NCBI GenBank assembly: GCA_034722055.1
Contig: JAYENL010000163.1
Coordinates: 11,511-33,773 of the forward strand
DNA: 22,263 nt
Direction: 5' to 3'
Origin: Armatimonadota bacterium
GTDB taxonomy: Bacteria > Armatimonadota > Zipacnadia > Zipacnadales > UBA5352
Under the pieces are notes generated by a model. The model had not been told where the DNA came from. It searched no databases and saw only the letters and a program-made list of their open reading frames with translations. Positions 16,425 through 22,263 of the stretch are shown piece after piece (the first letter of the stretch is position 1; each line of letters starts with the position of its first letter). The position numbers and the translations under genes were made by a program.

Positions 16425-17267
16425 TCAGCCGCGCTCGACACCTGCGGCATCGAGCGCCGCGCTCAGTTCGTCATAGCAGTGGCGGGCGGCCGCCTCCGCG
16501 TCATAGCCGTCCGCGCCCCAGATCATGCCGCTGATCTCGAGGGTGATGTAGCTGCGCCAGCCCGCCTCCTCCATCGCGCGCACGTAGGCCACGGTGTCCA
16601 GTTCGCCCTCGCCGGGCAGTCGCGGGTCGAAGCGCCCGTCGGGGTGCCGCACCGCATCGGTGACATGCGTGTGGGCCGTCCAGGGGACGAGTCGGGGTAC
16701 GCACTCGGCTATCTCCTCCCCGCCGAGGAAGAAGTGCACGATGTCGAAGTGCAGACGGACGCGGGGATCCCCGACCGCCTCCAGCACCTCAACCACGCGT
16801 TGCGTCGAGTTGACCGCACCGTTGGAGTGTGCCTCCCCCGCCAGCACAAAGCTCTCCCGCCCGGCCACCTCACCGAGGTCGCGAAGCTGCTCGATGAGAC
16901 GTGGGCGTACAGCCTGCCAGTCGTCGGGCGAGCCCCCGAAGCCAGCGGCAATGACCGGCGGCTCCGGCAGCCCGAGGTCGCGAGCGAGGCGTGCGCAGCC
17001 GCTGATGCTCTCGCGGGTGCGGCGGTGCGCCTCATCGTCAGGCGTGTAGATGCCGCCGAGGAAGAAGATCGCCGGAACGCCGAGGCCGTGTTCGGCAAGT
17101 AGACCGCGGAGCCGGTCGCGGCGTTCCGGATCGAGCTGGTCGAGTGCGGAGCCGTGCCTCTCGCTGATGCAGATCTCGACGCCCTCGTACCCGATCTCCG
17201 CGATCAGCGGGATGGCGTCCTCGAGCGGCACGGTGGGCATGGCGTAGGTCCCGTATGCCAGCTTCAT
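16425..17267 (-). CDS. Sugar phosphate isomerase/epimerase (xylose isomerase-like TIM barrel)
   Basis: SD GGAGGA; IGYEGVEI, LAGEAH, LHFDIVHF, HTHVTD, PGEGELD and ITLEI metal-binding motifs. Confidence 0.9.
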   Translation of the reverse strand: MKLAYGTYAMPTVPLEDAIPLIAEIGYEGVEICISERHGSALDQLDPERRDRLRGLLAEHGLGVPAIFFLGGIYTPDDEAHRRTRESISGCARLARDLGLPEPPVIAAGFGGSPDDWQAVRPRLIEQLRDLGEVAGRESFVLAGEAHSNGAVNSTQRVVEVLEAVGDPRVRLHFDIVHFFLGGEEIAECVPRLVPWTAHTHVTDAVRHPDGRFDPRLPGEGELDTVAYVRAMEEAGWRSYITLEISGMIWGADGYDAEAAARHCYDELSAALDAAGVERG

Positions 17268-17347
17268 TGGCTTCCTCCGGGGCGGCCCGGTGGCAGTCGC
17301 CCTGGCGTTCCCCGGTCGGCAGCCCCGCACCTCCCGCGAGCCAAGCA

Positions 17348-18526
17348 TCACGCATCCTTGGGCTTGATGAAGAGCACCTCGGCGTGCTCGACCCACCCCG
17401 ACCTCAAGTCCATGCGGAACCAGCCTTCACTGTTCTTCTCATGGAAGCGTGTCGGCGATCGTTTGCCGAGCTCCTTGAGGTCGTACTGCGCCCAGGTCCG
17501 GCCCGCATCCAGGGAGACGATGATTCCTGTGTCCAGCGGCGATGCCGGCGCACAGTGCGAGGCGAGAATCACGTCGTCCTGGATGATCATGTTGCCGGAC
17601 TCGACCTGCGGGTTGAACAGGAGAGTATGCGCTTCAGGGTTAGCGATGTCTTCGGGCGCACATCGGAAGATGCCGCGGTCGTAGGGCTCGGGCCCATTGG
17701 AGTCACTGATCCAGTAGAGCTCCCCGTCAACGAAGTTGATCCCGCCGGCCTTGTAGCGCGAGTTGAGATGGTCCGAGATGATGACCCGCCAATCCCACCG
17801 GTCCGCGCCCCGGTCATACGTGCCTCTCAGCCAATGGCACTCGTATCCCTCCGCCCTGTCGGCGTCACCGGTGCAGGCGTAGAAGGCGTCCTCCACAGGG
17901 TTGTAGGCTACGGCGTGTACGTGCCGGCAGCAGACCGGGTTGTCGGGGTTGCCAAGCAGCGTGCCCTCTCTGCCTCCGCCCGGGGAGCCGTCATCGCGCG
18001 TGTAGGGGTTCTGTCCGAACGCGTAGGCGATCTTCACGGTCCGGCCGCCGTCGGTGGAGTAGTAGATGTTCACCGGCGCCGCTCCGCCCAGCACGTTGCA
18101 GTAGTTGCCCCAGACCAGCATCTCCGTCCCGTTCACATCCCACGAGTTGACACCGGGGAGGGTGTGGAAGTACCAGCCGCGGCGGTCTGGATCTTGCGGC
18201 GTGTGCGGGAGGTAATCGGTGCCATCAAGGTCCTTCACCGTGATCTGCTCGCACGTCCGAAGGTTGTCCGTGCTGACGTAGAGCCTGGAGCGTGTGGCGA
18301 AAACCACATTCCCGCTTCTTTCCAGTATGCAACTGAACGTGATGTTGTCAGCATTGGGGAAGGCAAGCCTGTGTGGCCAGGTGTGAGCGTTGTCTTCCGA
18401 TAGGAGGACCTGACCGTCGGCGTAGCCGAAGGCCTTGTTGTCTCGCTGCGAGTCAATGTAGGGGCCCTCCGGCTGCAGCCGGTACCAGAAGTGATCCGTC
18501 TCAGCGATCTCCGTCTGTGGCATCAT
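17348..18526 (-). CDS. BNR/Asp-box repeat beta-propeller protein (sialidase-like fold), function unknown
   Basis: SD AGGAG; Asp-box-like repeats SEDNAHTW, STDNLRTC, STDGGRTV, SLDAGRTW; RHVHAVAYNP...YACTGD. Confidence 0.75.
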   Translation of the reverse strand: MMPQTEIAETDHFWYRLQPEGPYIDSQRDNKAFGYADGQVLLSEDNAHTWPHRLAFPNADNITFSCILERSGNVVFATRSRLYVSTDNLRTCEQITVKDLDGTDYLPHTPQDPDRRGWYFHTLPGVNSWDVNGTEMLVWGNYCNVLGGAAPVNIYYSTDGGRTVKIAYAFGQNPYTRDDGSPGGGREGTLLGNPDNPVCCRHVHAVAYNPVEDAFYACTGDADRAEGYECHWLRGTYDRGADRWDWRVIISDHLNSRYKAGGINFVDGELYWISDSNGPEPYDRGIFRCAPEDIANPEAHTLLFNPQVESGNMIIQDDVILASHCAPASPLDTGIIVSLDAGRTWAQYDLKELGKRSPTRFHEKNSEGWFRMDLRSGWVEHAEVLFIKPKDA

Positions 18527-18763
18527 CAGTCGCTCCTGTTCAGTGTCGTGCACCGGGCGAGTGTATTGAGCCTCCCAGCCACTCCTCGCCAAGATCGTCG
18601 AGGGAAGCAGGAAGTGTCAGCGTTCCAGACTCCATCGCGTGCGGGATTGACTGAGGAAACGCTCCTCAACGAAAGGGGCTCCCACGATTGCGGGTTCCTC
18701 CGTCGATCCCTGCCCGAGACTCACGTGAGGCGACCCTGGCGCTGTCATCGACTATCCTCATGG

Positions 18764-19192
18764 TTAGTCAGCCACTGGCGGGAATGGCTCGTCCTTGATA
18801 TACGCCGTCCCCTGGAAGAGGGCTATGAGCTCCCCGGCCTCATCCGTGACACGCACTGTGCAGGTGGAAATCCGTCTGCTGCGGGAGACCTCCGTGGCCT
18901 CTGCGACAAGGCTGCCTGAGCGTGTGGCCTTCAGGAACGACAGATTGGTGTTGATCGCCACCGCTACCCGTCCGCCGGAGTTACAGGCCATCGCAAAGGC
19001 CAGGTCAGCCAGGGTGAAGATGGCTCCGCCCTGGAGGATGCCCACGCTGTTGAGATGCCTGTCCTCTATGGTGAGAGCGGTGCGGGCGTAGCCCGGCTGC
19101 AGTTCCAGTATCTCCACGCCACTTGTCGCCGCGAAGTGGTCCTCCCGGAAGTAGCGCTTCATGGCTTCCAGATCGGCCGGCCGCTCGGACAT
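18764..19192 (-). CDS. PaaI family (hotdog-fold) thioesterase
   Basis: SD GGAAGG; HLNSVGILQGGAIFTLADLAFAMACNS motif; ELIALFQGTAY C-terminal strand. Confidence 0.9.
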   Translation of the reverse strand: MSERPADLEAMKRYFREDHFAATSGVEILELQPGYARTALTIEDRHLNSVGILQGGAIFTLADLAFAMACNSGGRVAVAINTNLSFLKATRSGSLVAEATEVSRSRRISTCTVRVTDEAGELIALFQGTAYIKDEPFPPVAD

Positions 19193-19529
19193 TCTGCATT
19201 CCTTCCCTTGTGCGCGCCCAGGCGGTGTTCGCCCATGGGTCCCCGAGGTCCTGCCTGAGCAGGCCCGCCTGTGCCCCTCTTCAGGTATCTTCTTGCTGGT
19301 GGAGGAATGCCAAGGCAGCGTGAGGCTGCTGAAGCTGAGGATTGAGGCCGCTGCTGTTCCACGAATGGTCCCCCCGCTCCCCGAACGCTGGCGCCCCATG
19401 TCATTTCCTGCGGTGAATGTGAAATCGGCGCCCAGCATCGGGCTGAGTAGCGCACACGCATTTGAGCAGAGCTATAACAAGTGTCCGATGAGGATAGTGG
19501 GCCGCGCGGCCGTTTGCCGAAGACCAGAG

Positions 19530-19844
19530 CTACTGCAGCACCACTGTGCCGAACAGGGCGGGCTCCATCTGCTCGAGGATATCCCCCTGCATCTCCAGCA
19601 CCGGCGCCCAGTAGGTCCGCTTTCCCTTCGACTGAGTGCGGTAGCGGCCCAGGTTCATCGACACCTCCGTCCCGGCCTCGAGGGCCTCCATCCCGAGATC
19701 ATCCCACGGGATCATGGCCTCCGCGGTCCAGGACTGTGTGTTGATCTGCGCTGCGCCGCGCCAGTCGGTGTCGTAGCTCATTGGGCGAAGGTGGACGCTG
19801 CCGGGTGTTGAAGTCACAGAATGCCTGCTGCGCGATCGTGCCAC
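19530..19844 (-). pseudogene. C-terminal fragment of a CBM9/DOMON-like sugar-binding domain protein
   Basis: DWRGAAQ...SWTAEAMIPWDDLG...SMNLGRYR...YWAP...FGTVVL; no credible N-terminus or SD. Confidence 0.55.
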
Positions 19845-19972
19845 TGAGGGGATTCGAAAGGCCTCAGTCCGGCCCCGGCCAACACTGCTGGACTTGAGGA
19901 TGGACGGGCCGCAGGCCGCCGCGCGCCACCTGTCGCAGGCAACAGAGCAATGGACCGAAAGGGCTGGTGGTC

Positions 19973-22263
19973 ATGCTGCGGGAATCCAAGCTGATCGTCG
20001 CGATCGGTCTGAGCTTCCTGGTGTGCTCCCCGCTCCTCGCGCTTGACATCAATCAGGATCCGGAGCCCGAGGACTACCTGTTTGCGGAAGGGATGGGCGT
20101 GCCTTCCCAGGACCGCGAGACCGTCTTCCGACCGCAGGATGATCGGGCGAACTTCACCTTTCTGCACGAGGTGAAGGACGTGCAGGTGCGTGACGGCGCC
20201 CTGGCCTTCACGCTGCCCGAGCAGGAGGTGACACTTGGCTGGGGCACCTACAACGGTCAGCAGGCCCTCACCGAGATTCAGGACATGTGCCAGCAGATTG
20301 TCATTGTCCGACTCAGGCTCAAACAGTCCGCCGGCTCAAGCCGCTGGAGCCTGCGCCTGTGGCGCGACGGGGAACGCATCGGAGAGGTCGTTGAAGCGGA
20401 ATTGGAGGGCCGGGACTGGCAGGAGATCGAGTTCGAGCCCCTGCACGCTGACGGAGCCAACCCAGATGGACTGGAGTTCACGGTTGAGGGGGAGGAGGGC
20501 ACGCGCATCGAGCTGGAATGGCTGAAGCTGATTCAACCCACCTGGGAGGGGTATTGCCGCACGGAGTTCGTCCTGCCGGAGGGCAGAATCTGGCGCGCCA
20601 TGGCGAACGTGGGCTCGGCGAATGACCCCAACTGGTACGGCCGGGACGAGATGGCAAGCCGTCTCTATATCAACGGCCAACTGGTTGAGCGGAGAGGGTC
20701 TCTTTACCTGTATCATACCGCCCCGGTTGATATTGCTCCCTATCTGAGGGCCGGCCGCAACTGCGTGGGCTTCTACGGCTTCCGCATCGGCTACCAGCCC
20801 CCGCTCTACTTCCAGGCCAGGATCATCATGCAAAGCGGTGAGGTGGTGACCGTCGCGTCGGGCAGCCACTGGACGTGCAGTCCGCAGGGGGCTGAGGGCT
20901 GGAACGAGCCCGGCTTCGACGACTCCGGCTGGTCCCAGGCGGTGAGAGGCCCCCAGATCAACACGACGCACCGCGATTCGGCGCACAAGACCTTCCTTCC
21001 GGCCTACGGCGGCCGGCTGCTGATGAAGAGCCCGAACCGGAGGGACCTCTTCTACACCGCCGCCCAGCCCGTGGTGGTTGATGTGCACGTCCCGGCGGGT
21101 CTCCGAACCAACACCCCCACGCTCTCCTATGTGCTCGGCAGGGCGGACGCGCGGGGCGAGTGCACTCCGGTCACCGACGGGGTCGTGCGTTCATTCACCC
21201 AAAGGCGCGGCTCGCTGGTGTACCGCGTGGACCTGGGGCAGCAGGAGGACGGGGTCTACGCCCTTGCGCTGAGCCTCGAAGATGCGGACGGCGCTGTCAT
21301 CGATCAGCGGTATCGCGAGCCGCTTGTGGTGCTGCGCAGGATGGAGCTGCAGACGGTGGACGGCAACAGCTTCACGGAAGGGCTGGACCTTGAGCTGGAG
21401 GACACCATCGACTTCACCGACCCGGACGATCCTCACCCGTGGTTCGAGTGCCGCACCCCCCAACCGCTCTATGGGCCGGCGGCAGAGGCGGTGCAGGAGC
21501 CTGTCATCGTGCGCAAAGGCGGTCTGGTCTACCGCGAGGTGGCTGACCCGAAGCGCAGCTCAGGCTTCAGCTATCGCTTCGAGTTCGAGCATCCGGGCTC
21601 ATTCTACTACATGGAGATGGAGTACCCGGATGACGCCAGGCGCATCATCGAGGTGTCCGTCAGCTCCAAGACCGAGGGCGTCTGGACCAACAGCCAGGCC
21701 GGAGTGGGTGCGGAGACCGGCGGCCGCTTCCTGCCCACCGGCAGGATGCGCACGCTGGGCTGGATACACGTGGCGGACGGGGGCCCGCATTCCGTGGACG
21801 TAATCAACGTGGTGGACGGCCAGAAAGCGGCGGCGAAGTCACTGAAGATATACCGAATCCACGGCGACCTGCCCTCGGTGGGGAGCGGCAATGGGCGGCG
21901 GTACGGCATCCACACGGAGCGCTGCTTCTACACCTCCGGGATCGGCATGAACTTCGGGACGGGGATGCCCCGTAACCCCCAAACGCAGAGAGAGCAGGAG
22001 AAGGACCTGCCACCGATGCAGCTCTTCATCAGGGATTTGGTCTGGCTCAAGGCGACAGGCGAGCGCTACGTGCAGTATCTCAAGTTCGCCGGCCAGAACT
22101 GCCACGTCATGGGGTGTTACCAGTACAGCAGCAGGAACACCCCCTACGTGCCAGCCCCACCGGTTGAGGACTCGCGGGTCCTGTGGTGCATGAGAAGCAT
22201 GATGGCCAATCTCCTGGACGTAAACGGCATCGACTTCTTCGCGGGCGTGGAGTTCAGCCAGTC
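19973..22263 (+). CDS. Large secreted carbohydrate-active-like protein, partial (runs off the window)
   Basis: Frame stays in register at the points translated from ATG 19973 to the window end (absent from the ORF track, consistent with no stop); signal peptide MLRESKLIVAIGLSFLVCSPLLA; galactose-binding-like motifs LYINGQLV...DIAPYLRAGRN and GWNEPGFDDSGW; possible GH barrel start YVQYLKFAGQN near the end. Confidence 0.8.
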   Translation, partial: MLRESKLIVAIGLSFLVCSPLLALDINQDPEPEDYLFAEGMGVPSQDRETVFRPQDDRANFTFLHEVKDVQVRDGALAFTLPEQEVTLGWGTYNGQQALTEIQDMCQQIVIVRLRLKQSAGSSRWSLRLWRDGERIGEVVEAELEGRDWQEIEFEPLHADGANPDGLEFTVEGEEGTRIELEWLKLIQPTWEGYCRTEFVLPEGRIWRAMANVGSANDPNWYGRDEMASRLYINGQLVERRGSLYLYHTAPVDIAPYLRAGRNCVGFYGFRIGYQPPLYFQARIIMQSGEVVTVASGSHWTCSPQGAEGWNEPGFDDSGWSQAVRGPQINTTHRDSAHKTFLPAYGGRLLMKSPNRRDLFYTAAQPVVVDVHVPAGLRTNTPTLSYVLGRADARGECTPVTDGVVRSFTQRRGSLVYRVDLGQQEDGVYALALSLEDADGAVIDQRYREPLVVLRRMELQTVDGNSFTEGLDLELEDTIDFTDPDDPHPWFECRTPQPLYGPAAEAVQEPVIVRKGGLVYREVADPKRSSGFSYRFEFEHPGSFYYMEMEYPDDARRIIEVSVSSKTEGVWTNSQAGVGAETGGRFLPTGRMRTLGWIHVADGGPHSVDVINVVDGQKAAAKSLKIYRIHGDLPSVGSGNGRRYGIHTERCFYTSGIGMNFGTGMPRNPQTQREQEKDLPPMQLFIRDLVWLKATGERYVQYLKFAGQNCHVMGCYQYSSRNTPYVPAPPVEDSRVLWCMRSMMANLLDVNGIDFFAGVEFSQ

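Noticed and set aside
19193..19438. N-terminal extension of the PaaI thioesterase ORF
   Set aside because: A good SD and ATG at 19192 give a normal-length protein; the extension is not protein-like
1..22263. CRISPR array, tRNA/rRNA, transposase or integrase
   Set aside because: No regularly spaced repeats, RNA gene signatures or recombinase motifs were seen by eye

Overview
High-GC bacterial DNA, possibly from a diderm lineage with SLH proteins such as Armatimonadota (inference from gene content only). The left half (~250-10430) is a metal/copper homeostasis region. It opens with an operator-controlled operon of two DGC-family Cys proteins and a GlpF-type MIP channel. Next comes a secreted Cys-containing leader peptide ending in the ribosome-arrest motif RAPP. 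Its downstream intergenic RNA can sequester the SD of a gene for a NosL/MerB-like CxxC + 2xSLH + YjbH-like envelope protein. The region continues with cusA, a CHAP-like hydrolase, msrA, a ferric-reductase/FNR protein, a Met-rich YtkA-like protein, a His-rich secreted peptide, a histidine kinase and copA. Many of these genes are fused fragments joined at abrupt junctions (about 4409, 4817, 6183, 7500-7590, 9353), so the region is either a decaying island or a chimeric/collapsed assembly. The right half holds mostly intact carbohydrate-metabolism genes: a GHL10-like hydrolase, a minus-strand cluster (BNR propeller, TIM-barrel isomerase, DJ-1/PfpI, Gfo/Idh/MocA, URO-D-like remnant), a PaaI thioesterase, a CBM9-like fragment and a large secreted protein running off the window. 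No rRNA, tRNA, CRISPR array or transposase was recognised.
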